Positions 12,001 through 25,700 of a stretch of 64,000 bases of DNA are shown here, one piece after another (the first letter of the stretch is position 1; each line of letters begins with the position of its first letter). Below the pieces are notes generated by a model. That model had not been told where the DNA came from and made no database searches. It saw nothing but the letters and a program-made list of their open reading frames with translations. A program made the position numbers and the translations under genes. Origin of the DNA: the human T2T-CHM13v2.0 reference genome, Homo sapiens. Where the stretch lies: NCBI RefSeq assembly GCF_009914755.1, contig NC_060938.1; one strand, written 5' to 3'.

Positions 12001-15000
12001 GAATGCAATGGAACAGAATGGAATGGAATGGAAAAAGAAGGTGTGGAGTGGATTGGAGTTGACTGGAGTGGATCGGAGGGCAGTGAAGTGGAATGGAATG
12101 GAATGGAGTGGTGTTTAGTGGACTGGAGTGGAGAGGAGTGGAGTGAAGTGGAATGGAATGGAGTGGAGTGGAATGGAATTGAATGGAGTGGAGTGTAGTG
12201 GAGTGGAAAGGAGAGGAATGGAATTGAATAGAATGGAATGGAAAGGAGTGCAATGGAATGGATTGGAGTGAAGTGGAGAGGAATGAAGTGGAATGGAGTG
12301 GAAGGGAATGGAATGGAGTGGATTGCAATGGAATTGATTTTAAAGGAATGGAGTCAAGAGGAGTGGAGTGAAGTGGAGTGGAGTGGAATGGAGTGAAATG
12401 GAGTGAAAAGGAGTTGAGTGGAATGGAATGGAGTGAAATGGAATGGAACGGAATGGAATGGAACAGAATGGAATGGAGAGGAGTGGAGTGGACAGAAGTG
12501 CAGTGGAATGGAATGGAGTGGAGTACAGTGGAGTGGAGTGGAGTGGAGTGGAGTGAAGTGGAATGGAAGGGAATGGACTGTAGTGGAGTGGAATGGAATT
12601 GAGTGGAGTGGAGTGGAATGGAATGGAATGGAATGGAGAAGAATGGAATGGAGAAGAATGGAATGGAGAAGAATGGAATGGAAAGAATAGGAATGGAATG
12701 GAATGGAATGGAATGGGATGGAGAAGAATGGAATGGAAAGAATAGGAATGGAATGGAATGGAATGGAATGGAATGGAATGGAATGGAATGGAATGGAATG
12801 GAATGGAATGGAGAAGAATGGAATGGAAAGAATAGGAATGGAATGGAATGAAGTGGAATGGAATAGAGTGGACTGGACTGGATTGAAGTTAAGTGGAACG
12901 GAATGGAGTAGAATGGAATGGAGTGCAATGGAATGCAGTGGAGTGGATCGGAGTGCAGTGGAATGGAATGGAAAGGAGTGGAGTGGAGTGGAGTGGAGTG
13001 GAATGGAATGGAGTGGAATGGAGTGTAATGAAATGGAAAGGAAATGAATGGAATGGGGTGGAGTGGAATGGAATGAAGTGGAATGGAATGGAGTCCCATT
13101 GAGTCGAGTGGAATGGAGTGGAATGGAGTGAAATGGAGTGGAGTGGAATGGAGTGCCGTGGAATGGAAAGGATTAAAATGAAATAGAATGGAACAGAATG
13201 GAACGGAGTGTAGAGTAGTGGAGTGTAGTGGAGTTGAGTGGAGTGGATCAGAGTGCAGTGGAATGGAATGGAATGGAATGTAGTAGAGTCGAGTGGAGTG
13301 AAGTGGATTGCAGTGGAATGGAGTGGAATGGAATGGAGTGGAGAGGAATGGAATGGAATGGAATGGAATGGAATGGAATGGAATGGAGTGAAGTGGATTG
13401 GAATGGAATGGAGTGGAGTTGTGTGGAGTTGAGTGGAGGGGAGTGGACTGAAGTGGAATGGAATGGAATGGTGAAATGAAATGTGAGCTATGATTGTGCC
13501 ACTGCATTCCAGTCTGGGTGACAGAGTGAGATCCAATTGAAATAAAGGATTGGAATGGAATGGAGTGGAGTGGAATGGAATGGAGTGGAGTGGAATTGAA
13601 TGGAGTGGAATGGAGTGGAATCGAATGGAATGGAATGGAGTTGAATGCAATGGAATGGAGTAGAGTGGAATGGAGCGGAGTTGAGTGGAATGAAGTCGAA
13701 TGGAATGGAACAGAATGGAACGGAGTGCAGTGGAGTGCATCGTAATGGAGTTTTCAGAAGTGGATTGGAGTGCAGTGGAATGGAATGGAATGGAATGGAA
13801 TGGAATGGAATGGAGTGGAGTGGATTGGAGTGGAGTGGAACGGAGTGTAATGGAATAGAGTGGAGTGGAATGGAATGGAATGGAACAGAATGGAATGAAA
13901 TGGAAATGAATGGAATAGAATGGAATGGAACGGAGTGGAGTAGAGTGGAGTTCAGTGGAGTGGATCGGAGGGCAGTGGAAAGGAATAGAATGAACGGAAT
14001 GGAATGAAGTGTAGTGGAATGGAATAAGGTAGAATGGAGTGGCTTGGAGTGGAATGAAGTGCCATGGAGTGAAATGGAGTTTAGTGGAATGGCGTGGAGT
14101 GGAATGGAGTGGAATGGAATAGAATGGAATGGAGTGGAATGGAATGGAATGTAGTAGAATGGAGTGGAGGGAAATGGAATGCAGTGAAATGGAATGGAGT
14201 GGATTGTAATGGAATGGAGTGGAATGGAAAGGAATGGAACGGAACTGAACAGAGTGGACCGGATTGGATTGGAGTTGATTGGAGTGGAGTGGAGTGGTTC
14301 AGAGTGCAGTGGAAAGGAATGGAATGAAAAGGAGTGGAGTGCTGTGGAGTGGAGTGGATTGCAGTGGAGTGGAAAGGGGTGGAATGGAGTGAAATGGAGT
14401 GGAATGGAATGGAGTGGAGTGGAATGGAACAGAGTGGAAAGGAACGGAATGGAATGGAATGGAACGGAATGGAATTGAAGGGAATGGAACAGAGTGGAGT
14501 GGAGTGGAACGGTGTGGAATGGAATTGATTGGAGTGGAATGGAATGGAAAGGAACGGAATGGAATGGAATGCAATGGAATGGAATTGAAGGGAATGGAAC
14601 AGAGTGGAGTGGAGTGGAGTTGAGTTGAAAGGATCGGAGTGCAGTGGAATGGACTGGAATGGAATGTAATTTAGTGGAATGGAATGGAATGGAGTGGAGA
14701 GGAGTGGAGTGCAGAGGAGTGGAGTGGAGTGGAATGGAATGGAATGGAGTGGAGTGGAATGGAATGGAATGGGTTGGAATGGAATGGAGTGGAGCGGAGT
14801 GGAGTGGAGTGCAGTGGAATGGAGTGGAATGGAGTGGAATGGAGTGAAATGAAGTGGAGTGAAATTGAGTGGAGTGGAATGGAATGAAGTGGAATGGAAC
14901 GGAATGGAATGGATCAGAATGGAAAAGAGTGGGGTGGAGTGGTGTGGAGTGGAGTGGAGTGGAGTGGAATGAAGTGCAGTGTAATGGAATGGAATGGAAT

Positions 15001-16499
15001 GGAGTGGAGTGGAGTGTGGTGGAGTGGAGTGGAATGGTTTGGAATGGAATGGATTGGAGTGGAATGGAATGGAATGGAACAGAATGGAATGGAATGCAAC
15101 AGAATGGAATTGAGCGGAAAGGAATGGAGTGGACTCCAGTGGAGTGGAGTTGAGTCGAGTGGATGGGAGTGCAGTGGAATGGAATGGAATGGAAAGGAGT
15201 GGATTTGAATGGAATGGGGTGCAATTGAATGGAATGGAGTGGAGAGGAGTGGAGCGCAGTAGAATGTAGTGGAGTGGAATGGAATGGATTGAAGTGGAAT
15301 GAAATGGAATGGAATGGAGTGGTGTGTAGTGTAATGGCATGGAGTGGACTGGAGTGGAACGGAGGGGAGTGGAGTGGAATGGAACAGAGTGTGATGGAAT
15401 GGAGTGGAGTGGACTGGAATGCAGTGGAGTGCATTGGAGTGGAGCTGAGTGGAGTGCAGTGGAATGGAATGGAAAGGAGTGAAGTGGAATGGAATGGAAA
15501 GGAACAGAATGGAATAGAATGCAATACAATGGAAAGGTAACATGAAATGTGAGCTAAGATTGTGCCACCGCAGTCCAGTCTGCGTGACAAGGTAAGACCC
15601 AGTCGAAATAAAGGAATGGAATGGAATGGATTAAAACGGAATGAAATGCATTGGAGTGGAATGCAATGGAGTGAAATGGAGTTTAGTGGAGAGGAATGGA
15701 GTGGAGTGTAATGGAGTGGAGTGGAGAGAACTGCACTGGAATGGAATAGAATGAAGTGGAATGGAGTGGAAAGGAATGGAATGGAATTGAGTTTAATGGA
15801 ATAGAATGGAGTCTAATGGAATGGAGTGGAGTGGAGTGGAGTAGATTGGAGTGGAATGGAATGTCATGGAGTGAAATGGGGAGGAATGGAACAGAACGGA
15901 ATGGAATAGAAAGGAATGGAACAGAGAGGAGTGGAATGGAGTGGAGTTGACTGGAATGCAGTGGACTGCAGTGGAGGGCAGTGGAGTTTAGTGTAGTGGA
16001 GTGGAATGTAATGGAATGGAGTGGAGTGGAGTGGAATGGAATGGAACGGAATGGAATGGAATGGAATGGAATGGAACGGATTGGAATGATGACATGAAAT
16101 GTGAGCTAAGTTTGTGCAACTGCACTCCATTTCGGTGACAGAGTGAGATCCAGTCGAAATAAAGGAATGGAATGCAGTGGAATAAAATGTAATGGAATGG
16201 AGTGGAGTGGAATGGAATGGAGTGGAGTGGAGTGGAATGGAATGGAATGGAATGGAATGGAATGGAATGGAATGGAATGGAGTGTAATGGAGTGGAGTGG
16301 AATGGAATGGATTGCAGTGGAATGGAGTGGATTGGAATGGAGTGGAATGGGGTGGAATGGAATGTAATGGAATGGAATGGAGTGGAATAGAATGGAAGAG
16401 AGTGGAATGGAAAAGCATGGAGTGGAGTGGATTAGAGTGGAATGGAATGGAGAGGAATGGAAGGGAAAGGAATGGAATGGAATGGAATGGAGTGGAGTG

Positions 16500-16760
16500 G
16501 AGTGGAGTCGAGTGGAGTGGATTGGAGTGCAGTGGAAAGGAATAGAACACAATGCAATGAAGTCGACTAGAGTGCAGTGGAATGGAATGGAATGGAACAG
16601 AATGGAGTGGAGTCGAGTGGAGTGGAGTGCAGTGGAAAGGAATGGAACACAATGCAATGAAGTCGACTAGAGTGCAGTGGAATGGAATGGAATGGAACAG
16701 AATGGAGTGGAGTCGAGTGGAGTGGAGTGCAGTGGAAAGGAATGGAACACAATGCAATGG
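16500..16760 (+). repeat. 100-bp tandem repeat (~2.5 copies)
   Basis: AACACAATGCAATG at 16546, 16646 and 16746; AGTCGACTAG at 16561 and 16661. Confidence 0.9.
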
Positions 16761-19700
16761 AGTGGACTGGAGTGCAGTGGAGTGGAGTGGAATGGAGTGG
16801 AATGGAATGGAATGAATTGGAGTGGAATGGAATGGCATGGAAGGGAATGGAGTGTAATGTAGTGGAATGGAGTGGAATGAAATGAAGTGGAGCTGAATGG
16901 AGTTGAACAGAGTGACATGGAATGGAATAGAATGGAGTGGAATGGAATGGAATGGAGCAGAATGGAATGGAGTGAAGTGGAGTGGAGTGGAATGGAGTTG
17001 AATGGAGTGAAATGGATTGGAGTAGAATGGAATGGAATGGAGTGGAATGGAACAGAACAGAACGGAATGGAATGGAACAGAACAGAATGGAACGGAGTGG
17101 AGTGGAATGGAACATAGTGGAGTGGAGTGAAGTGGAGTGGATGGGAGTTTAGTGGAGTGGAGAGGAGTTCAATGGAGTTGAAGGGAATGGAGTGGCATGG
17201 AATGGAATGGAATTGAACAGCATGTAATGGAATGCAATGGAATGGAATTGAATGGAACAGAACGGAATGGAGAGGAGTGGAGTGGAGTGGAAAGGAGTGC
17301 AGTGGAAAGGAATGGAATGGAACGGAATGGAATGGAATGGAAAGGAATGGAGTGGAATGGAATGGAAAGGAGTGGTGTGGCATTGAATCGAATGGAATGA
17401 AGTGGAGGGGAATGGAGTGGAGTTGAGTGGAGTGGATCAGAGTGCAATGGAATAGAATGGAATGGAATGGAATGGAATAGAATGGAATGGAATGGAATGG
17501 AATGGAATGGAATGGAATGGAATGCAGTGGAGAGGAGTGGAATTGAATGGAAAGGAATGGAATGGAATGGAATTAAATTGAGTGTAGTGGAGTGGATTGG
17601 AGTAGAGTGGAGTGGAATGTAGTGGAATGGAGTAGAATGGAATGGAATTGACGGGAGTGGAATGGAATTGAGTGGAATGGAGTGGAGTGGAGAGGAATGG
17701 AGTGGAATGAAATGGAACGGAGTGGAAAAGAGTGGAATGGAATGCAATGGAACAGAATGGAATGGATTGGAGTGGAATGGATTGAAGTGGAGTGGAGTGG
17801 AATAGAATGGAATGGAATGGAGTAGAGGGTAATGGAATGGAGTGGAGTGGATTTAAGTGGAATCCAGTGGAGTGGAGTGGAATGGAGTGGAGTGGAATGG
17901 AGTGGAGGAGCGTGTAATGGAATGGAATGGAATGAAATGGAATGGAACGGAATGGAATTGTGAAATGAAATATGAGCTAAGGTTATGCTACTGCACTCCA
18001 GTCTGAGTGGCAGAGTAACATCCAGTAGAAATAAAGGAGTGGAATGGAATGGAGTAGAATGGAATGAAGTAGAGTGCAATGGAATAGAGGGACATGGTGT
18101 GGAGTGGAGTGGAATGCAGTGGAGTGGAATTTAGAGGAGTGGAATGGAGTGGAGTGGAATTTAGTGGAGTGGAATGGAGTGGAATGGAAAGGAATGGAAT
18201 GGAGTGGAATGGAACAGAACGAAGGAAATGGAATGGAACAGAATGGAACGGAGTGGAATGGAGTGAAGCGGAGGTGATCGGAGTGGAATGGAGTGGAGTG
18301 GAGAGGAGAGGAGTGGAATTCAGTGGAGTCGTTTGGAGTGGATTGGAGTGGAGTGGAGTACTACGGAATTGCATGGAATGGAAGGGCATGGAATGGCATG
18401 GAATTGTATGGATTGGAATGGAATGGAACGGAATGGAATGGAACAGAATGGAACGGAGAGGAGTGGAGTTGAGTGGACTTAATCGGAGTGCAGTGGAATG
18501 GAATGGAATGGAATTAAATGGAATGGAAACGAGTGGGGTGGCATTGAATGGAGTGGAGTGGAGTGGAGTTGAGTGGAGAGGATGGGAGTGAAGTAGAATT
18601 GAACGGAATGGAATGCAATGGAGTGTAGTGGAGTGGAATGGAGTGTAGTGGAGTGGATTTGAGTGGAGTGGAGTGGAGTGGAGTGGAGAGGAGTGGAATG
18701 GAATGGAATGGAGTGGAGTTTAATGGAATGGAATGAAATGGAATGGAATGCAACAGAAAGGAGTGAAACAGAACAGAACAGAGTGGAGTGGAGTAGAGTG
18801 GAGTTGAGTGGAGTGGATTGGAGTACAGTGGAATGGCATGGAATGGAAAGCAAAGGAATGGAATGGAATGGAGTGGAATGCAATGGAATGGAATGGAGTG
18901 GAATTGAATGAAGTGGAATGGAGAGAAATGGAGGGGAGTGGAGTGGAGTGGAATGGAATGGAGTGGAATGGAACGGAATGGAACAGAACAGAAAGGAACG
19001 GAATGGAACAAAGTGTAGTACAGTAGAGTGGAGTGGACTGGAGTGGAGCGGAGTGGAGTGGAGGGGAGAGGAATGGAATGGAGTGGAATGGAATGGAGTG
19101 GAGTGGAAAGCATTGGAATGGAATGGATTGGAATGGAAAGGAACAGAATGCAATGGAACGGAATGTAACTGAGTGGAGTGGAGTGGAGTGCAGTGGAGTT
19201 GAGTGTAGTGGAATGTAATGGAATCTAGTGGTATGAAATGGAATGTAGTGGAATGAAACGGAATGATGTGGAATGGAATGCAATGTAGAGGTGTGGAATG
19301 GAATGGAATTTAGTGGAATGCAATGGAAAGGAATGGAATGGAAAGGAATGTAACGGAGTGTAGTGGAGTGTAGTGGAGTTGAGTGGAGTGGATTGGAGGA
19401 CAGTGGAATGGAAAGGAATGGAATGGAATGGATTCGAATGGAATGGAATGGAATGGAATGGAATGGAAGGGAATGGAGTGTAGTGGAATGGCATGGAGTG
19501 TAGTGGAATGGCATGGAGTGTAGTGGAACTGAATGGAATGGAATGGATTGGAGTGGAGTGGAATTGAATGGAATGGAGTGAAGTAGAATGGAATGGAGTG
19601 GAGTGGAGTGGAATGAAATGGAGTAGAATGAAGAGGAGTGGAATGGAATGAAGTGGAGCTGAGTGAAGTGAAATGGAGAGGAATGGAGTGGAATGCAGTG

Positions 19701-22700
19701 GAGTGGAATGGAACGGAGTGGAACACAATGGAACGGAAGGGAAAAAACGGAGTGGAATGGACATGAATGGAGTGGAGTGGAGTTGATTGGAATGGAGTGG
19801 AGTTGATTGGAGTGGATCAGAGTGCAGTGAAATGGAAGTGATTGGAGTGGAATGGAGAGGAGTGGAGTGGAATGGAATGGAGTGGAATGCAGTGGAGTGG
19901 AATGGAATGGAATTAAATGGAATGGAATGGAATGGAACGGAACAGAACAGAGTGGAGTGGAGTGGAGTTGAGTTCAGTGGATCTGAGTGCAGTGGAATGG
20001 ACTGGAATGGAGTGGAGAGGAATTGAATGGAAAGGAGTGGAGTTGAGTTGGGTGGTGTGAAGTTGAATGGAGTGTAATGGAGTGAAATGGAGTGGAGTGG
20101 AATGGAATGGAAAGTAACAGAATGGAACGGGATGGAATGCAATGGAGTGGAGTGGAGTCAAGTGGACTGGAATGCAGTGGAGTGGAGTGGATTGGAGTAG
20201 AATGGAATGGAGTGGAATGGAATGCAGTGAAGTGTAATAGAATGGAATGGAATAGAATGGAATGGAATGGCACGGTATAGAATAGAACAGAACAGAATGG
20301 AGTGCAGTGGAGTGGAATGGAGTGGAGTTGTGTGGAATTAATTGGAGTGCAGTGGAATGGAACGGAATGGAATGGAATGGAATGGAGTGGAGTGAAGTGG
20401 AATGGAATGCAACGGAATGGTATGTAATGGAATGGAATGGAGTGGAGTGGAGTGGAATGGAATGGAGTGGAGTGGAGTGGAATGGAATGGAATAGAGTGG
20501 AGTGGAGTGAAGTGGAATGGAATGGAGTGGAGTAGAATGGAATGGAATGGAGTGGAGTGGAGTGGCGTAGAATGGAGTACAGTGGAGTGAAATGGAATGG
20601 AGTGGAATGGAATAGAGAGGAGTGGAATGAAATGGAATGGAGAGGAGTGGAATGGAGAGGAGTAGAGTGGAGTGGAGTGGAATGGAGTGGAATGGAGAGG
20701 AATGGAGTGGAGTGGAAATGAATGGAAATGAGTCGTATGGAATGGAGGGGAGTTGAGTGCAGTGGAGTGGAGTGAAGTGAAATGGAGTGGGATGGAGTGG
20801 AGTGGAATGGAATGGGGTGGAATGGAATGGAACAGAATGGAATGGAACCTAACGGAACGTAGCAGAGTGGGGTGGAGTGGAGTTGAGTGGAGAGGATTGG
20901 AGTGCAGTGGAATGGAAAGGAATGAAGTGGAATGGAGTGGAGTGGAGAGGAATGGAGTGGAGTGGAGTGGACTGGAGTGGAGTGGAATGGAATGGAATTA
21001 AATGGAATGGAATGGAATGGAATGGAATGGAATGGAATGGAATAGAACGGAACAGAACCAAGTGGAGTGGAGTGGATTGGAGTTCAATGCAGTGAATCGG
21101 AGTGCAGTGGAATGGAATGGAACAGTATTGAATGGAATGGAATGAAGTGGAGTGGAGTGGAATGGAATGGAATGGAATGGAGTGGACTGGAGTGATGTGG
21201 AGTAGAATTGAGTGGAAAGGAGTGAAATGGAGTGGAGTGGAATGGATTGGAGTGGAATGGAATATAATGGAACAGAACTGAATGGAATGGAATGGAACGG
21301 AACGGAACGTGATAGAGTGTAATGGAGTGGAGTTGAGTGCAGTGGATCGGAGTGTATTGAAATGGAATGGAATGGAGAGGACTGGAGTGGAATGGAATGG
21401 AAGAGAATTGAATGGAATGCAGTGGAGTGGATTGGTGTGGAGTGGAGTGGAGTGGAATGGAATGAAATGGTGTGGAATGGAAAGAAATGGAGTGAAATGG
21501 AATGGAATGGAGTGGAGTGGAATGAATGGAATGCAATCAAAAGGAATGGAATGGTTTGGATTGGAATGGAATAGAGTGGATTGGAGTGGAATAGAATTTA
21601 GTGGATTGGAATGGAATGGAATGGAGTGGAAGGCAGTGGAATGGAATGGAATGGAATGCAATGGAATGGAAATGAATGGAATGGTTTGGAATGGAATGGA
21701 AATGAATGGAATGGAATTGAAAGGAGTTCAGTGGAATTGAATGTAATTGAAAGGAGTGGAGTTGAATGGAGTGGAGTGACTTGGAAGGGATAGAAGTGGA
21801 GTGGAATGTAATGGTATAGAAAGGATTGGAATAGAATGGAGTGGAGTGGAGTGGAATGGAATGGAGTGGAACGGAATGGAGTGGATGGGAATGGAAAGGA
21901 GTGCAGCAGAGTTGAGTGGAGCGGAGTGAAGTGGAATGGAATGGAATGGAGTGGAGTGACGTGGATTGAATGGAATGGAAAGGAATGGAATGGAAAGGAG
22001 TGGAATGGTGAAATGAAATGTGAGCTAAGATTGTGCCACTGCACTCCAGTCTGGCTGACAGAGTGAGATCCATTATAAATAAAGGAATGGAATGGAATGG
22101 AGTACAATGAAATGGAGTGGAGTGGAGTGGAATGGAATGGAGCGGAATGGAGTGAAACGGAATGGAGTGGACTGGAGTAGAGTGGAACGGAATAGAATTG
22201 AACGGAATGGAACGGAGTGGAACGGAATTGAATGGAAAGGAAGGTAACGGAGTAAAGTGGTGTAGAGTGGAGTGGAATGGAATGGAGTGAAGGGGAAAGG
22301 AATGGAATGGAATGGAATGGAATGGAATAGCACGGAATGAAGTGGAGTGGAGAGAAATGGAATGGAATGGAGAGGAGTGGAGTAGAATGGAGTGGAGTGG
22401 AGTAGAATGGAGTGGAGCAGAATATAATGGAGTGGAATGGAAATGAATGGAATGGAAAGGAATGAAACGGAATGGAATGGAGTAGAGTGGAGTCAAGTGG
22501 AGTTGAGTGGTGTGGATTGGAGTTCAGTGGAATGGAATGGAATGGAGTGGAATGGAGTGGAGTGAAGAGGAGTGGAGTGGCATGGAGTGGAATGGAGTGG
22601 AATTGAATGGAGTAGAGTGGAATGGAATGGAAAGGAATGGAATGGAATGGAATGGAATGGAATGGAATGGAATGGAATGGAATGGTGAAATAAAATGTGA

Positions 22701-25700
22701 GCTAAGATTGTGCCACTGCACTTAAGTCTGAGTTACAGAGTGAGATCCATTCGATATAAAGGAACGGAATGGAATGGAGGGGATTGCAACGGAATGGAGT
22801 GGAATGGAGTGGAGAGGAGTGGAATGGAGTGGAGTGGAATGCAGTGGAATGGAGTGGAGAGGAGTGGAATGGAGTGGAGTGGACTGGAGTTGAATGCAGT
22901 GGACAGAAAGGGAATGGAAAGGAGAGGAATGGACTGGAATAACATGGAGTGGAATGGAGTGGAACGGAGTGCAATGGAATTGAGTGGAATGGAGCAGAAT
23001 TCAGTGGAATGGAATGGAATGGACTGGAATGGAAGACATTGGAATGGAACGGAACAGAGTGGAGTGAAATGGAGTGGAAATGAGTGGAGTGGATCAGAGT
23101 GCAGTGGAATCGAATGGAATTTAATGGAAAGAAGTGGAGTGGAGTGGAGTCGAGTGGAATGGAATGGAATGGACTGGAAAGGAGTGGAGTGGAATGTAAT
23201 GGACTGGAGTGGAACAGAATGGAATGGAAGGAAAATGAATGGAATGGAACGTAGTGTAGTGGAGTGGAGTAGAGTGGAGTTGAGTGGAGTGTATCAGAGT
23301 GCAGTGGAATTAAATAGAATGGAATGGAATGGAATGGAGTGGAGTGGAGTGGAGTTAAATGGAGTGGAGTGGAGTGGAATGGAGTGGAGTAGAATGTAAT
23401 GGAGTGGTGTTGAATGGAATGGTGAAATGAAATGTGAGCTAAGATTGTGATATTGCACTAATCTCTGTGTGACAGAGTGAGATCCACCCGAAATACAGGA
23501 ATCAAATTGAATGGAGTGGAATGGAATGGAATGGAGTGGAGTGTAATGGAATGGAATGGAAAGGAGTGGAAAGGAATGGAATGGAATGGAGTGGAAAGGA
23601 GTTGAAAGGAGTGGAAGGGAAAGGAGTGGAGTGGAATGGTGTGGAATGCAATGGATTGGAGTGGAATGGAATGGAATGGAATGGAATGGAATGGAACCCA
23701 ACGGAATGGAATTGAAGGGAGTGGAACGGAGTGGAGTGCAGTGGAGTGGAGTTGAGTCGAGTGGATAGGAGTGCAGTGGAAGGGAATGGAATGGAACAGA
23801 GTGGAATGGAGTGGAATGGAATGGAACAGAGTGGAATGGAGTGGAATGGAACGGAACGGAATGGAATGGAATGGAATGGAATGGAACGGAACGGAATGGA
23901 ATGGAATGGAATGGAATGGAATGGAAAGGAGTGGAATGGAGTGGAGTGGAATGGAATGGAGTGGAGTGGAGTGGAATGGAGTGGAATGGAGTGAAATGGA
24001 GCGGAGTAAAATTGAGTGTAGTGGAGTGGAATGAAGTGGAATGGAACGGAATGGAATGGAACAAAATTGAATGGAGTGGTGTGTAGTGGAGTTGAGTGGA
24101 GTAGAAGGAAGTGCAGTGGAATGGAATGGAATGGAATGAAATGGAATGGAGTGGAGTGGAATGGAATGGAGTGGAATGGGGTGGAGTACAATGGAATGGA
24201 GTGGAATGGAATGGAAGTGAAAGGAAAGGAATCAACCCGACTAGAGTAGAATGGAATGGAATGGAATGGAATGGAATGGAATGGAATGGAATGGAATCAA
24301 CACGAGTGGAATGGAATGGAATGGAATGGAATAGAATAGAATGGAATGGAATGGAATGGAGTGTAATGGAGAGGACTGGAATGGAATGGAGTGCAGTGGC
24401 ATGGAGTGGAGTGGAATGGAGTAGCATGGGGTGGAATGCAATGGAATGGAGTGATTGGAGTGGACTAGAATGGAATGGAGTGGTATGGAAAGGAGTGGAG
24501 TGGATTGGATTGGAGTGGATTGGAATGGAATAGAGAGGAATGGAAGGGAAAGGAGTGAAACGAAATGGAACGGACTGGGGTGGATTGCAGTGGAGTCAAG
24601 TGGTGTGGATTGGAGTACAGTGGAATGGAATGAAATAGAATGGAATGGAGTGGAGTGGAGTGCAGTGGAGTGGAGTGGTATGGAGTGGAATGGAATGGAA
24701 AGAAATGGAGTGGAATGGAATGGAATGGAAGGGAATTGAGTGTAGTGTAGTGGAACAGAATGGAGAGAAAGGAAGTGGAGGTGAATGGAGTTGAATGGAG
24801 TGGAATGGAATGGAATAGAATGGAGTGGAATGGAATGCAAAGGAGCGGAATGGAATGGAGTGAAGTGGATTGGAGTGGAGTGGAATGGAGTTGAATGCAG
24901 TGAAATGGATTGGAGTGCATTGGAGTGGAATGGAATGGAATGGAGTGGAATGTAACAGAACAGAACAGAACGGAATGGAAAGGAACGGAATGGAACAGAG
25001 TGGAGAGTAGTGGAGTGTAGTGGAGTGTAGTGGAGTGGAACGTAGTGGAGTGGAGTGGAGTGGATTGGATTGGAGTTTAGTGGATTGGAGTTCAATGGAG
25101 TTGAATGGAATGGAGTGGCGTGGAATGGAATGGAAATGAATGGAATGGAAAGGAATGGAATGGAATGGAATGGAATAGAGAATAGTGGAGTGGAGGGGAG
25201 TTGAGTGGAGAGGATAGGAGTGCAGTGGAATGGAATGGAATGGAATAGAATAGAATGGAAAGGAGGGGTGTGGCAATGAATCGAATGGAATGAAGTGGAA
25301 TGGAGTGGAGTTGAGTGGAGTGGATCAGAGTGCAGTGGAATGGAACGGATTGGATTGGAGTGGAGTGGAGTGGAATGGTATGGAATGGAATGGAATGGAA
25401 TGGAATAAAATTAAGTGGAGTGTAGTGGAGTGGAGTGGAGTAGCGTGGAGTGGAATGGAGTAGAATGGAATGGAATTGAGTGGAGTGGAATGGAATTGAG
25501 TGGAATGGAGTGGAGTGGAGAGGATTGGAGGGGAATGAAATTGAATGGAGTAGAGTGGATTGGAATGGAATGGAATGGATTGGAGTGGATTGCAGTGGAA
25601 TTGAGTGGAGTGGAGTGGAAAGGATTGGAGTGGATTGTTATGAAGTGGTATGGAGTGGAATGGAATGGAGTAGAGGGTAGTGGAATGGAGTGGAGTGGAT

